A DNA stretch of 64,000 nucleotides from an uncultured Gemmatimonadales bacterium (GTDB taxonomy: Bacteria; Gemmatimonadota; Gemmatimonadetes; Gemmatimonadales; Gemmatimonadaceae). Both the position numbers and the translations under genes were made by a program. How positions within the stretch are numbered: the first letter of the stretch is position 1; each line of letters begins with the position of its first letter. The stretch is taken from positions 512,001 through 576,000 of the forward strand of contig CAWKNZ010000002.1 in the NCBI GenBank assembly GCA_963851265.1. Direction: 5' to 3'. Shown in pieces: positions 33,420 through 44,556 of the stretch. The notes beneath the pieces are model-generated. The model had not been told where the DNA came from, made no database searches, and was given only the letters and a program-made list of their open reading frames with translations.

Positions 33420-34478
33420 TCAGCGTTGCGGCGCGGCGAGCGCGTCGAGCGGAACCGGCGTCGCAGGCGGGAGGCGGCGCACAGGTGTCGCGCTACGGCC
33501 TTCGCTGCGGTACCACGCGACCGTACGCCGGATGCCCTCGTCGAGCGTCACGCGGGGTCGGAATCCCGCTGCGCGCACCTTGTCCGCTTCGAACTTGGTT
33601 TGGTCGGCCGCGAGCTTTCGTACGCGGGCCGACGAGATCGGCAGGTTGCGACCCGTGAGTCGAATGACGAGGTCGAAAGGAGCGGCGAGAGCGATCGCCA
33701 TCTCGAGCGGCAACCGAAGCCGCGGCGCGGGGCGACCGAGCGCGGCCGAGATCACGGCGGCGATCTGCGCGCTGGTGAGATCAGGCTTTTCGACCCAGTG
33801 GAACGCGTCGAATGGTGCACCCGCCGGCCGGTCCCAAAGGTAGAGCGTCGCGTCGACGAGGTTCTCGACGTACGACAGACTCTTCACGTTGTCACCCGCC
33901 CCGACCTGGACGAACAACCCGCTGTCGATCTGGCGTATGAGCGAAAACATGTTCGCGAAGTTGCCAGCCCCGAACGTCACGGTCGGCCGAATGATCAGCG
34001 CGCGCCGATCGGGCGCGCCTTCCGCCCACCGCCGGAAGACGTGTTCGCCGGCGAGCTTCGAGGCGCCGTAATCGCTGTTGGGCGCGGTGGGGCTGTCTTC
34101 GTGGTGAGGTTCCGGTGCGTTCCCGAAGATCGCCACACTCGAGTAGAAGCACACGTCGCGCACGCCCGCCGCGTCCATGGCTGCGCACAGTACCTTCGCC
34201 GCGCCCTCATTCACGCCGAAGTACGTTGCGTGGTCGATCCCGAAATCGTGGTGCGCGGCCGCGAGGTGGAACACCGCATCGCAGCCGTCGAGCGCGGCGC
34301 GAACGGCCGCGGGGTCGCGGACGTCTCCACGGATGAACCGCACGGACGACGTGTTGCCGTCGAGCAGCGGCGCATCCCGCGCGATGTCCAGCACCGTGAC
34401 GCGGTCGCCCCGCGCGATCAGGGCGGTGCAGAGCAGCCGTCCTATGAATCCGGCTCCGCCGGTTACGAGGTAGTGCAT
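33420..34478 (-). CDS. NAD-dependent epimerase/dehydratase
   Basis: TGGAGFIG, HLAA, SS, YGASK; start at MHYLV. Confidence 0.9.
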   Translation of the reverse strand: MHYLVTGGAGFIGRLLCTALIARGDRVTVLDIARDAPLLDGNTSSVRFIRGDVRDPAAVRAALDGCDAVFHLAAAHHDFGIDHATYFGVNEGAAKVLCAAMDAAGVRDVCFYSSVAIFGNAPEPHHEDSPTAPNSDYGASKLAGEHVFRRWAEGAPDRRALIIRPTVTFGAGNFANMFSLIRQIDSGLFVQVGAGDNVKSLSYVENLVDATLYLWDRPAGAPFDAFHWVEKPDLTSAQIAAVISAALGRPAPRLRLPLEMAIALAAPFDLVIRLTGRNLPISSARVRKLAADQTKFEADKVRAAGFRPRVTLDEGIRRTVAWYRSEGRSATPVRRLPPATPVPLDALAAPQR

Positions 34479-34554
34479 CAATTGCGAGGTTGACCGGGTG
34501 TCTTCGGGTGACGACGGCCGAAGGTCGATGTCACCCGCCCTGTTGTCGTCCCAC

Positions 34555-35766
34555 TCACGGCGCGGGATCGGGCACGTCCTCGGGCGCCTGCCCGGCCGCG
34601 ACCGCTTCGAGGGCTCGAGCCGAGTTCTCGACGAGGCGCGCGGCTGTGAAGGTCGACGCGATGTGCGCGCGCGCCCGCGCGCCGAGGGCGCCGCGCGCGT
34701 CGCCGTCGAGCGCGAGCACGCGGAGTATGCCGGCGGCGAGCGCGTCCGGTGCGTGTGGGGGAACGACGACGCCCGCGTCGCCGACGACGAACCGTGCGTC
34801 GCCGCTCGCAGCGGCGACGCACGGCGTGCCGCACGCCATGCCTTCGGCGAGCACGTTTGGAAACCCCTCGCCAAACACAGACGCGCTCACTACCACGTCC
34901 GCCGCGTTGTAGAGTCCGACGACGTCGCGGACCGCCGGAATCCACGTCACGCGATCGGCGATGCGGTGATGCTCGGCAACCGACCGCAGCTCGTCGCGAA
35001 CGCGGTCCGGCCCGTCGCCGGCGCACACGATGCGGATCCGCCGGTCAGGCGATGCGGCCAGCACGCGCGCGGCGGCGTCTAGGAAGACCGCATGTCCTTT
35101 CATCGGGTCCATGCGCGCCGGGAGTGCAATCACCGCGTCGCGAACGTCGACGCCGGCCGACGCTCGCCATCTCCGGCCGGCATCGGGGTCGGGCCGGAAG
35201 TGCTCCACATCGATCCCGTTCGGGATGACGATGAACCGGTCGCGCGGGTATCCCTCGGCGACATGGGACGCACGACCGGCGAAGGAGTTGGCGATCACGA
35301 GGTCCGGGAACCGGGACAGACGGACGCCCGCGCGATGCACTCGCCGGCGAAATGCCGTGTACGCTTCCGGGTCCTGATCCGAGATTCGCACTCCCCACAC
35401 CACGCGCGCGCCGGCGGCGCGGCCCGCGAGGAGCGAGATCTCGTTCGCCGGGATCATGTAGCCGTGCACGACGTGCGGCCGGATCTCGCGCGTCAGTTGC
35501 ACCAAGCGGCGGAAGAAGCTCGCGACGTCCCAGCGGCCCGTCTTCCCGATCGCGATGCGGCGCACGTGGGGCGCGTCGTCAAGGCTCTCCCAGATCGGGC
35601 CGGCGGAGTCGTACATCGACACGAGCGTGACGTCGAAGCGGCTCACTGGCAGCCCGCGCGCAAGCAGGGCGAGCTGCCGCTCGGCACCGCCGACCGCGAT
35701 CTCGCGAATCAGGAACATGATGCGAATCCGCCCGCCGGGCGGGCTGGTCGCGCGACGAACTGTCAT
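34555..35766 (-). CDS. Glycosyltransferase family 4
   Basis: GGAERQ, IPNGID, KGH, EGFPNVLAEGM. Confidence 0.9.
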   Translation of the reverse strand: MTVRRATSPPGGRIRIMFLIREIAVGGAERQLALLARGLPVSRFDVTLVSMYDSAGPIWESLDDAPHVRRIAIGKTGRWDVASFFRRLVQLTREIRPHVVHGYMIPANEISLLAGRAAGARVVWGVRISDQDPEAYTAFRRRVHRAGVRLSRFPDLVIANSFAGRASHVAEGYPRDRFIVIPNGIDVEHFRPDPDAGRRWRASAGVDVRDAVIALPARMDPMKGHAVFLDAAARVLAASPDRRIRIVCAGDGPDRVRDELRSVAEHHRIADRVTWIPAVRDVVGLYNAADVVVSASVFGEGFPNVLAEGMACGTPCVAAASGDARFVVGDAGVVVPPHAPDALAAGILRVLALDGDARGALGARARAHIASTFTAARLVENSARALEAVAAGQAPEDVPDPAP

Positions 35767-35927
35767 CCTGTGCGTGAATATACTTGCCCACGTCAGCCAG
35801 TTCGGCGGGTCGCGCATAGTTTTTTGCGATCGTCGCGCGGTCGCGTCGCGCGGATCACGTGACGACCCTGACGCGGCCGTCGCTCGACTCGTGCGCCGCC
35901 GTCGAGACTACCAGGTGCTCCCCGCCC

Positions 35928-36995
35928 ATGTCTGCTGCCGTCCTCGTCACCGGCGCCGCCGGCTTCATCGGAATGCACGTCGCCGAGCGGCTGCTCGCGC
36001 GTGGCGAGCGCGTAATCGGGTTGGACGATCTCAACAGCTATTACGACCCACGTCTGAAGGGCGCGCGACTCGATCGACTGCAAAGCCATCCGCATTTCGA
36101 GTTCGTCCGCCTGACGTTGGCGGACCGCGCGGGGATGGAGGCGCTGTTCGCGCGCGGCGACATCGAGCGCGTGGTGCATCTCGCGGCGCAGGCCGGCGTG
36201 CGCCACTCGATCGAACACCCGCACGACTACATCGACGCGAACCTCGTCGGCTTCCTGCACGTGCTCGAAGGGTGCCGGCACGCGACCGTTCGTCACCTCG
36301 TGTACGCGTCGACGTCGTCGGTGTACGGGCTGAACACGGCGATGCCGTTCAGCGTGCACCACGACGCGAGTCACCCGATGAGTCTCTACGCCGCGACGAA
36401 GCGCGCGAACGAACTCATGGCTCATTCCTACAGCCACCTGTACGGGCTGCCGACCACGGGGCTCCGCTTCTTCACGGTCTACGGGCCGTGGGGGCGGCCC
36501 GACATGGCGCTGTTCAAGTTCGCCCGCGCCATCCTCGCCGGCGAACCGATCGACGTGTACAACAACGGCGACATGCAGCGGGACTTCACCTATGTCGACG
36601 ACATCGCCGAGGGCGTGATCCGCGCGCTCGACCGTCCCGCGGAGCCGGACCCTGCATGGGACCCTGCCGCACCTGATCCCGCGAACTCGTCGGCGCCGTA
36701 CCGCCTCTACAACATCGGGAATAGCGCGCCCGTTCAGCTGCTGCGATTCATCGCCGCCCTCGAGCGGTCGCTCGGCAGATCGGCCGAGATGCGCATGCTG
36801 CCGATGCAACCGGGAGATGTTCCGGCCACGTCCGCGGACGTCGCCGACCTGGTGCGAGACGTCGGGTTTGCGCCGGCCACGCCGGTCGAGGAAGGCGTGC
36901 GACGCTTCGCGGAGTGGTACCTCTCGTACTACGGCGTAGCAGCAGCAGGCGAGGGCGACACTCGGGCGACGGTCGGCGTGGCGAGTTCCGCGTAG
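35928..36995 (+). CDS. UDP-glucuronate 4-epimerase-like NAD-dependent epimerase
   Basis: [43 protein letters not shown]. Confidence 0.92.
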   Translation: MSAAVLVTGAAGFIGMHVAERLLARGERVIGLDDLNSYYDPRLKGARLDRLQSHPHFEFVRLTLADRAGMEALFARGDIERVVHLAAQAGVRHSIEHPHDYIDANLVGFLHVLEGCRHATVRHLVYASTSSVYGLNTAMPFSVHHDASHPMSLYAATKRANELMAHSYSHLYGLPTTGLRFFTVYGPWGRPDMALFKFARAILAGEPIDVYNNGDMQRDFTYVDDIAEGVIRALDRPAEPDPAWDPAAPDPANSSAPYRLYNIGNSAPVQLLRFIAALERSLGRSAEMRMLPMQPGDVPATSADVADLVRDVGFAPATPVEEGVRRFAEWYLSYYGVAAAGEGDTRATVGVASSA

Positions 36996-38107
36996 AGCGC
37001 GAGGTGCGCGTCGACGCGCGCGTCGAGCGAGAAGCGGCGTATGGTGGCGGCGCGCGCCGCCGCAGCCCCGGGCGTGCGCGCCAGTGCGAGCCCGCGCCGG
37101 ATGCCGTCGGCGAGCGCACCGGGGTCGAAGGGCGGAACGACTACGCCGGCGAGCGGGTCGGTAAGCACTTCGGGGACTGCGCCGACGCGCGTCGCCACCA
37201 CGGGCACGTCGTGATCGAGCGCCTCCAGCATCACGTTCGGCAGCCCCTCGCTGCGCGACGGGATCACGACGCACGTCAGCTGCCCGTACACATGACCCAC
37301 ATCGCGGACGGTCCCCGCAAACGCCACGTGCGCGTCGAGGCCGAGGGCGCGCGCGCGCGCCGTTAATAGCGCGCGATCGGGGCCGTCGCCGACGACGACC
37401 GCCCGGAACTGCTCGCCGGCGTCGACGAGGCGCCGGCAAGCGTCGAGAAACAGGTCGACGCCCTTTTCCGACGAGAGCCGTCCCACGACGCCGAGGATCG
37501 CGTCGTCGGCGGCCGGCGCAGGTCGAAACAGCCCGCGGACGTCGAGCGCCGCCGAGTCCGGCGATCGCGGAAGCTGGGCGACCGCGTTGTACACGACGCG
37601 GACGCGGGTTCCCATCCGCGCGAACGCATCGCGGTGGACCGACGACATCACGGCAAGTCGATCGGCACGTGCCATCGCGCGGCGGTCGATCCAGTTGTAC
37701 GCGCGGACCTTGAGATTCTCGGTCGTGCCGCCGTGAAAGAAGGCGAGCCATCGCCAGCGCGGAGTCGACGCGGCGCGCAGTGCTGCCACGATCGCGGAGG
37801 GCTTGTACCCATGCGTTTCGACGACGTCCGGGTCGAACGCGGCGAGTGCCGCGGCGGCTCGCTTTACCATGCCGACGTCGGCCGGGCCGTACTCCGGGAC
37901 GATCACGTGGTCCGCCCCGAGTCCGTCGAGGTACGCCGCGTATGGCGCAGGCGCGCGCCCGGCGCGGTGAAACAGGACCACGCGATGGTCGACGCCGCGG
38001 TCACGGAGCGCCGGCCCCATGGGCGCGAGCTGCCGTCCCGCGCCAAACACTTCGTACGTGTCGATCAGCGCGGCGACACGCAGTCGCCGCTGCGGCGGGT
38101 CCGTCAG
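36929..38107 (-). CDS. Glycosyltransferase family 4
   Basis: [23 protein letters not shown]. Start inferred as CTG overlapping the upstream stop. Confidence 0.85.
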   Translation of the reverse strand: MTDPPQRRLRVAALIDTYEVFGAGRQLAPMGPALRDRGVDHRVVLFHRAGRAPAPYAAYLDGLGADHVIVPEYGPADVGMVKRAAAALAAFDPDVVETHGYKPSAIVAALRAASTPRWRWLAFFHGGTTENLKVRAYNWIDRRAMARADRLAVMSSVHRDAFARMGTRVRVVYNAVAQLPRSPDSAALDVRGLFRPAPAADDAILGVVGRLSSEKGVDLFLDACRRLVDAGEQFRAVVVGDGPDRALLTARARALGLDAHVAFAGTVRDVGHVYGQLTCVVIPSRSEGLPNVMLEALDHDVPVVATRVGAVPEVLTDPLAGVVVPPFDPGALADGIRRGLALARTPGAAAARAATIRRFSLDARVDAHLALYAELATPTVARVSPSPAAATP

Positions 38108-38895
38108 TGCGCGCCCTTCCGGAAGATCATCACCGGCAGCGTCATGCACATGATGCGTACGTCGAACCACACGCTCTGACGTCCGATGTAGTCGAGGTCG
38201 TACCGCACCTTCTCCTTCACATCCTCGAGGCACGAATCGTAACTGTGGTTGATCTGCGCCCAGCCCGTGATGCCGGGACGGACGCGAAGCCGCTGGGTGT
38301 ACTCGGGGATGTCGGCGCGCAGGCGGACGACGATGCTCGGGCGCTCGGGGCGCGGGCCGACGATGTTCATCTCACCGCGCAGCACGTTGATGAGCTGCGG
38401 GACCTCGTCGAGCCGCGTCTTGCGGATGACCGCGCCGACGGGCGTCACGCGCGCGTCCTGCTTGGTCGCCCACACCGCCTGCCCATTCGCCTCGGCATTC
38501 ACGCGCATCGAGCGGAACTTCAGGATCGTGAACGGCTGGCCACCGAGGTCTTCGACGCGGCGTTCGCCCGGGGCGTTCGCCGCGGGCCGACGCCAGCGGC
38601 GGTCGAGACCGACGCGCGTCTGCGTGTAGAACACGGGGCCGGGCGACGACAGCTTGACCGCGAGCGCCACGAGCACGCAAATCGGCGCGAGCAGGAGCAG
38701 GGCGACCGCCGCGATGACGATGTTCATCGCCCGCGTGAGCCACTCGAGTCGTTCGGCCGGAGTAACGCCAAGATCGTCCAGGGGGCCCGGAGCCGGCGTG
38801 CTGACCGCGGCCGTTGCGCCCGACGGCCACGGGGTGATGGCGATCTCACCCGTCGTGGCGAGCGTGGTGCGGCCGAGACCCACATGCGCGCTCAC
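38104..38895 (-). CDS. Priming phosphoglycosyl (sugar) transferase
   Basis: GPVFYTQTRVG, KFRSM, RLDEVPQ, VGPRPERP, PGITGWAQ. Start approximate. Confidence 0.92.
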   Translation of the reverse strand: MSAHVGLGRTTLATTGEIAITPWPSGATAAVSTPAPGPLDDLGVTPAERLEWLTRAMNIVIAAVALLLLAPICVLVALAVKLSSPGPVFYTQTRVGLDRRWRRPAANAPGERRVEDLGGQPFTILKFRSMRVNAEANGQAVWATKQDARVTPVGAVIRKTRLDEVPQLINVLRGEMNIVGPRPERPSIVVRLRADIPEYTQRLRVRPGITGWAQINHSYDSCLEDVKEKVRYDLDYIGRQSVWFDVRIMCMTLPVMIFRKGAH

Positions 38896-39002
38896 GTGCG
38901 CGTTCACGAACGGCCCCGACCCGACGTTCCCATTCGGAACGAGGAGGCCGGGCGGCAGACTCGGCAGTGTGGATGAGGCAATCTCGCGGTGAAGCACGGC
39001 GG

Positions 39003-39911
39003 TCAGTTCGTGTTGTACGCCGAACGGATCAGGAGCAGCAAACTCGTGAGCGCCGAAATCCCGAAGAAAATGCTCGTCGCGCTCGGGAACCGGCTCCCCT
39101 TCGGCTCGTCGATCCGGACTTCGTCGCCGGACCGAATACCGAGGTCGTCGAGGGTGCGGCCGTCGCGGATCGCGACCTGGACCGCCTTCGTATCGTACAG
39201 CTGCTTCGACCCTCGACTCACCGTCATGCGCCCCTTCTTCTGGTTCGCGGCGCCGGGACCACCGGCGAGCGTGATCGCGTCGGCGAGCTGCCGGTCCGGA
39301 TCGACGGTGTAGTACCCGGGGCGGGGAACGGACCCGATGATCGCCACGCGCGTGAGCGGGACCACGCGAAGCCGCGGGTCGCGCACGTACTTCCGCTCGT
39401 ACTCGGCGACGGTGTTGGGCAGTTCGGACCGGAGGACGCCATTCAGCGGCGCGTCGGCCCACGTGTTGAGTGAGAACACCGGGCCCGTCGGGGCGTCGCG
39501 CACGATCACGGTGTCGCCACCCGTTCCCGGCCGGCCGAGCAGGAGGTCCTGGATGAGGAAGCGATCGCCCGAGCGAAAATCGCCTAGGGTCAGACGGCGC
39601 CGGATTTCGTCGACTTCGTCGCGGCGCGACTTGCCCGCGTTGCTCACCGTGTCGAGGCGGGCGAGCGAGTCGAGACGTGTCGTCAGCTGCGACCGGGTCG
39701 CATCGGGCGTGTACGCGGTCACGGACGTCGGCACCGGCCGCTCGCTGAGCACCGCGGCCACCTGGGGTGCCGGCTGTGGCGATTGCGTCTGCTGCGGCTG
39801 TACGGGGGCCTGCGCGAACGCCACTCCCGCCGGGGCGAGCAGCGCGGCGCACAGGCCGGCCCGCCAGCACTGGGCGAGCAACCCGCGGCAGAAGACGAAG
39901 TAAGGCATCAT
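39003..39911 (-). CDS. Polysaccharide export protein with SLBB domain (Wza-like)
   Basis: Signal peptide; V.IIGSVPRPGYY, AITLAGG, IRSGDEV; amphipathic C-terminal helix. Confidence 0.75.
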   Translation of the reverse strand: MMPYFVFCRGLLAQCWRAGLCAALLAPAGVAFAQAPVQPQQTQSPQPAPQVAAVLSERPVPTSVTAYTPDATRSQLTTRLDSLARLDTVSNAGKSRRDEVDEIRRRLTLGDFRSGDRFLIQDLLLGRPGTGGDTVIVRDAPTGPVFSLNTWADAPLNGVLRSELPNTVAEYERKYVRDPRLRVVPLTRVAIIGSVPRPGYYTVDPDRQLADAITLAGGPGAANQKKGRMTVSRGSKQLYDTKAVQVAIRDGRTLDDLGIRSGDEVRIDEPKGSRFPSATSIFFGISALTSLLLLIRSAYNTN

Positions 39912-40109
39912 AGAATCGGATGGGAAACGGCCGTGCGCATCACCGGCTCGGTCGTCGCCACGCGTTTATCGTACCGCCGCCGGTGCCTCACGGCAATGAA
40001 TGTCGGCATGCAGCAAGGAAAAAGTAGCGTCACGAAACCGCGCCGTGCCGCACACGACGCGCGTCACGGCCGGGTCGTAGCATCGACGCTTCGCCCCGGC
40101 CGCGGCGCG

Positions 40110-42593
40110 CTAGCGGCCTGCCGTCTCGCGCGCGTCGTCGCGCGCCGACGCGGTCTCGCCCGGGAGCAGGGGCTGCTCGGGCGCCGTGTCGTCGACGACG
40201 ACGTAGTCAGGATCGTACGAGTAGTACTGGTACATGTTCGTCTCGGTCCCCACGCCGTTGAGGATCGCGCCCGCGACGGCGACGGGAAGGTGGTCGAAGA
40301 TCTTGAGCTTCGCCTTCGCGAGCCGCACGTCGGTGACGCCGCTACGGAGGACGACGGCGAGCTGGCCGCACGCGGTGCCGACGGCGTAGGCGTCGGTGCC
40401 AGCGCCTAACGGCGGCGTGTCGACGATGATCGCGTCGTGGTCGGCGCCGAGAGCGGCGAGCAGCTGCGGCAGGCGCGCGGTGGCGAGCAGCTCGGGGGCC
40501 CGGCGGTGCCGCTGACCGCCCGGCACGACCCAGAGGTTCTCGTGCCCCGTAGGGTGCACGACCTCCGACAGGAGGCTCGTGCCCTCGAGATACTCGACGA
40601 GCCCCGGCGACGCGGGGAGGTCGAACGTGCCGTTGAGCTGACCGCGGCGCACGTCGGCGTCGACGAGCACGGTCTTCCACCCGCCCTGCGCAAAGGCGAG
40701 CGCGAGGTTACTCGCGATGAGGGATTTCCCGTCGCCGGCGCCGGGGCTGGTGATCCCGATCGCGACCGGTTGGTTGGGCGCTGCGGCGTATCGCACGTTG
40801 AGGCGCAGCGCGCGGAACGCCTCGACGATCTGCGCCGCGCGCTCGGCGGACTGCCTGCCGCGGCCGTCATCGATGCGAGGTACGACGCCGAGCACCGAAA
40901 GGCCGAGCTCGCGCGTGACCTGTTCGGGGTAGCGGAAGCGGCGGTCGAGGATGTCGAGGAGGAGGGCCAGCACGACGCCGAGGGCTAGGCCCCCCGCGGT
41001 CGCGAGCGCGACGAGGCGGCTGCCGGTGCTGCTGGACGGCGTGAGCGGCATCACCGCCGAGTCGAGGACCTTGACGTCCGGCACCGAGGCCTGCTGTGCG
41101 AGGCTCGCGCCCGCGTAGTCGGACCGGAGGCGCGAATAAATGTCACCCTGCACCGAGACCTCGCGCCGGAGCGCGCCCTCGGCGGTGGTCCGAGCTGGGA
41201 TGGACTGCAGTTCGCGGGTCGCGGCGCCGAGTTGCTGCTGGACCGACGCCTCGCGGGTCTTCAGTGCGCCGATAAAGGCGTTGTTCTGCCGCAGCACGTT
41301 CTCGCGCGCGGCCGCGACGGCCTGCCGCTGGATCTTGACCGACGGCTCGGAATCGGTGAAGACGATTCGCGCCTTGTCGAGCTTGGTCTGTTGCTCGTTG
41401 TAGTCGGCGATGGCGGCCTTGAGCGGCGCCGCGCCCGGATCGCGGGCGACCGTGCTCACCGAATTGATGGCATCGACCGGCAGCGGACCGCCGGTCCGGA
41501 TCTGCTGCCCGATGCGCTCCAGCTGCTCGCGATCCGTGCGCGTCCCGTCGAGTTCGATCTTGCGAATCGCGAAGTTGTTGATCACCGGATCGCGCGTCAC
41601 CGTACCACCGCCGTTCGCGTCGCCCGCCGACACGACGACCTCCGACGGCTGCGTGATCGCGCCGACGCGGAACTGCTCGAGCGCGCGCTCCGACCCCTCG
41701 AGCTTCTGGCGCGCGGCTTCGAGCTGCGCGGCCAGCGTCGTCGCCTGCTGGTTCAGCTCGCGCTTCTTCAGATCGGTGGCGACGGTCACGAACTGGTCGA
41801 GCATCGCGTTCAGCGTCGCGGCCGGCCGCTGCTCGGCCGTCCCGTGCAGGCGCAGGTAGATGATCGGACTGCGCTCGTCGACGAACACGCCGAAGCGGTT
41901 GAGGACGTCGATGGTTGCTTCGCGCGGCGTGACCACCGTGAACTCGACCGACCGCTTGGCACTGCCGACCACATTGGCGCGCGGCGCCCACGCGAAGCCG
42001 GCCTTCCGGCCGATAGAGTCGCCGACGACTCCGGACTCGTTGACGGCGCCGACCTTGTCGGTCAGCGTCCAGCGTCCGGCGTTGACGTTGAGCGTGTAGT
42101 CGCCCGGGAAAAACCGATTCTGCGTGCGGTCGATCCCGAAGTTCGCGAACAGCAGCGAGTCGGACGCGTGCTGCGGACGGACGTAGAGCGCGAGTCGCAG
42201 CACCACGGGATCGGTGATCGCCGGGGCGCGGAGCAGGTCGCGCCACCCGCTGATTTGCGTGAGCGCGCCGCCGCGGGCTGTCCCGCCCGATCCGCCGGTC
42301 TGTGCAGACGGGGTGGTGAAGACGTCGGCGTTGACATCGTACTCCGGAGTCACGAACCGGCCGGCGACGACGCCCCCGATCGCTCCGATTGCCGTCGTCG
42401 CGACAATGATCCACTTGAAGCGCTGGAGGGCGCTCGCCAGGCGGCCGACGGTGATCGCGCTCGCCAGACCGCCCTCTTCGGGCGGCGGTCCGTACGCGGC
42501 CGCGGGGTCATACCCCTGGAGGCCGGCTGGCTCGGCGGGGGCGGGCAGCGACGGCTCGCCGCCAATCGGGACGGGCGTCAGGTTCGCAGACAT
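40110..42593 (-). CDS. wzc: Polysaccharide co-polymerase / tyrosine autokinase
   Basis: Two TM helices, coiled coil, EAFRALR, Walker A SPGAGDGKS, DADVRR, DTPP, C-terminal Tyr cluster YQYYSY. Confidence 0.93.
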   Translation of the reverse strand: MSANLTPVPIGGEPSLPAPAEPAGLQGYDPAAAYGPPPEEGGLASAITVGRLASALQRFKWIIVATTAIGAIGGVVAGRFVTPEYDVNADVFTTPSAQTGGSGGTARGGALTQISGWRDLLRAPAITDPVVLRLALYVRPQHASDSLLFANFGIDRTQNRFFPGDYTLNVNAGRWTLTDKVGAVNESGVVGDSIGRKAGFAWAPRANVVGSAKRSVEFTVVTPREATIDVLNRFGVFVDERSPIIYLRLHGTAEQRPAATLNAMLDQFVTVATDLKKRELNQQATTLAAQLEAARQKLEGSERALEQFRVGAITQPSEVVVSAGDANGGGTVTRDPVINNFAIRKIELDGTRTDREQLERIGQQIRTGGPLPVDAINSVSTVARDPGAAPLKAAIADYNEQQTKLDKARIVFTDSEPSVKIQRQAVAAARENVLRQNNAFIGALKTREASVQQQLGAATRELQSIPARTTAEGALRREVSVQGDIYSRLRSDYAGASLAQQASVPDVKVLDSAVMPLTPSSSTGSRLVALATAGGLALGVVLALLLDILDRRFRYPEQVTRELGLSVLGVVPRIDDGRGRQSAERAAQIVEAFRALRLNVRYAAAPNQPVAIGITSPGAGDGKSLIASNLALAFAQGGWKTVLVDADVRRGQLNGTFDLPASPGLVEYLEGTSLLSEVVHPTGHENLWVVPGGQRHRRAPELLATARLPQLLAALGADHDAIIVDTPPLGAGTDAYAVGTACGQLAVVLRSGVTDVRLAKAKLKIFDHLPVAVAGAILNGVGTETNMYQYYSYDPDYVVVDDTAPEQPLLPGETASARDDARETAGR

Positions 42594-42793
42594 CTACGAG
42601 GGGAGCGCGGAGGAACGGCCGCTCGGGCCGTGATATGGACGGTCGTGGACATGGCAATCGGGGCGGAGTGTCGGCGCGGTGCGGCACCGACCGTAGCACC
42701 GGCGCAGCAGCAGCTCGAGGTGTGGCACGGGCCACTCAAGCCGAAACCGTACCCGACCGACACCACAGCGTGCACCAACACAGCCGTCCCACT

Positions 42794-42809
42794 TGCGACG
42801 GCTGTGCCG
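42794..42809 (-). promoter_or_regulatory. Putative sigma-54 (-24/-12) promoter for the wzc operon
   Basis: Minus strand reads CGGCACAGCCGTCGCA (GG-N10-GC), about 200 nt upstream of wzc and divergent from a sigma-54 activator gene. Confidence 0.5.
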
Positions 42810-42961
42810 CATCGCCGGATGCTGGCACCCGGGACGTCGTCGGCCACGTACCCCGTTCGGCGGAAAAAAGTGTCGCCGTCCCGCGAAGTCGAGAGCCGCC
42901 CCGCACCGCAGCACGCCTGCTCCGCGGGCGTACCTCCTCTGTAGGACCCCGCCCCCCTCCC

Positions 42962-44548
42962 ATGTCCGACTCCCGCTTCGCGGTCCCTTCGTCCGACTCG
43001 GCCTCGTCCGCGCCGGCACTCCGAATTTTGGTCGTCGACGACGATCGTACCCTGCGCGAAGGCTGTGCAAACATTCTGCGCCTGGACGGCCACCACGTCG
43101 TGACCTTCGGTCGCGGCGAGGAGGCGATCGACGCGGCGGAGCGTCAGCACTTCGACATCGCGCTCGTCGATCTGTACATGACGCCGATCAGCGGCATGGA
43201 CGTGTTACGTGCGATCGCGGCCACGAGCCGCGACACACTCGTCGTCGTGATGACCGGGAATCCCACGGTCGCGTCGAGCCTCGACGCGCTGCGGGCTGGT
43301 GCGTGGGACTACCTGCCGAAGCCCTTCTCCGCGTCGCACCTGCAGGTCCTCGTCGGGCGGGCGGCGCATGCCGCGCGCGGCGGCCGTGCACCGCGCGAGC
43401 TGCGCATCGAGAGTTCGGCGGCAGGGATGACCGGCTCCGCGGGAGGCGGGGGTGTCGGCGGTCCGGTCGCGCCGGCCGGGCGCGGCCCGTCGGCGGTGTC
43501 CGACGTACCCGGTCCGCGCCCGTCGGGTGACACCGACACGCTGATCGGCGACTCGGCTGCGCTGCGGCAGGCCGTCGCGATGGCGCGGCGGGTCGCGCCG
43601 GCCGATGCGTCGGTGATGATCTTCGGCGAGAGTGGGACGGGGAAGGAGGTGATCGCGCACTTCATCCACCGCCACAGCCGGCGGGCGGGGCGGAAGATGA
43701 TCGCGATCAACTGCGCGGCCATCCCGGGACCGCTGCTCGAGAGCGAGATGTTCGGTCACAAGAAGGGGGCGTTCACCGGCGCCGACCGCGACAAGGCAGG
43801 CCTGCTCGAAACGGCGGACGGCGGAACGCTCTTTCTCGACGAGCTGGGCGAGATGCCGATGCCGCTCCAGGCGAAGCTGCTGCGCGTGCTGCAGGACGGC
43901 GTGGTCCGCCGCGTCGGCAGCGAGCGGCAGGACGCGGTCGTGAACGTGCGGTTCATCGCCGCGACCAACCGCGATCCGCACGAAGCGGTGAAGCAGGGTC
44001 TGCTCCGTGAGGACCTGTTCTACCGCCTCTGCGTCGTGCCAATCAAGTTGCCGCCGCTGCGGCAGCGCCCCGAAGACGTTGCCGCACTCGCCCAGCACTT
44101 CCTCGAGCGCTTCTGGCGCCGTCACCGCCCCGCGGGCTCGGCGCGGCCCACGTTCTCGCCGTCGGCCCTCGCCTTCCTGCAGTCGCGCCCGTGGCGCGGG
44201 AACGTGCGCGAGCTTCAGAACGTGATCGAGCACGTGACGGTGGTCGCCGAAGCGGGGCGCCCGATCGAGCCCGACGACATTCCGCTGTACGAAGAGCATG
44301 CGGCGGTCGACGACGGCCTCGCTGCGGTGCCGACGGGGCTGTACACCGAGGCCTTCCACGCCGCCAAGGAGCAGCTCGTCACGCACTTCGAGCGCGAGTA
44401 CCTGAACCGGTTGTCGACCCGCGCCGCGGGCAACATGTCGCGCGCCGCGCGCCTCGCCGGCGTCGACCGGACAACGCTGTACCGTCTGATGGAGAAGCAC
44501 GGAATGCGGCGCGAGGACGCGCCGCTCATCACGGCCGTCGGAGCCTGA
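42962..44548 (+). CDS. Sigma-54-dependent response regulator (REC-AAA+-Fis HTH)
   Basis: VDDD/DLYM/KPF receiver, [45 protein letters not shown]. Confidence 0.93.
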   Translation: MSDSRFAVPSSDSASSAPALRILVVDDDRTLREGCANILRLDGHHVVTFGRGEEAIDAAERQHFDIALVDLYMTPISGMDVLRAIAATSRDTLVVVMTGNPTVASSLDALRAGAWDYLPKPFSASHLQVLVGRAAHAARGGRAPRELRIESSAAGMTGSAGGGGVGGPVAPAGRGPSAVSDVPGPRPSGDTDTLIGDSAALRQAVAMARRVAPADASVMIFGESGTGKEVIAHFIHRHSRRAGRKMIAINCAAIPGPLLESEMFGHKKGAFTGADRDKAGLLETADGGTLFLDELGEMPMPLQAKLLRVLQDGVVRRVGSERQDAVVNVRFIAATNRDPHEAVKQGLLREDLFYRLCVVPIKLPPLRQRPEDVAALAQHFLERFWRRHRPAGSARPTFSPSALAFLQSRPWRGNVRELQNVIEHVTVVAEAGRPIEPDDIPLYEEHAAVDDGLAAVPTGLYTEAFHAAKEQLVTHFEREYLNRLSTRAAGNMSRAARLAGVDRTTLYRLMEKHGMRREDAPLITAVGA

Positions 44549-44556
44549 GGCGCCAC

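Noticed and set aside
42723..42738. TGGCACG on the + strand as a sigma-54 promoter for the regulator
   Set aside because: The -12 GC is missing.
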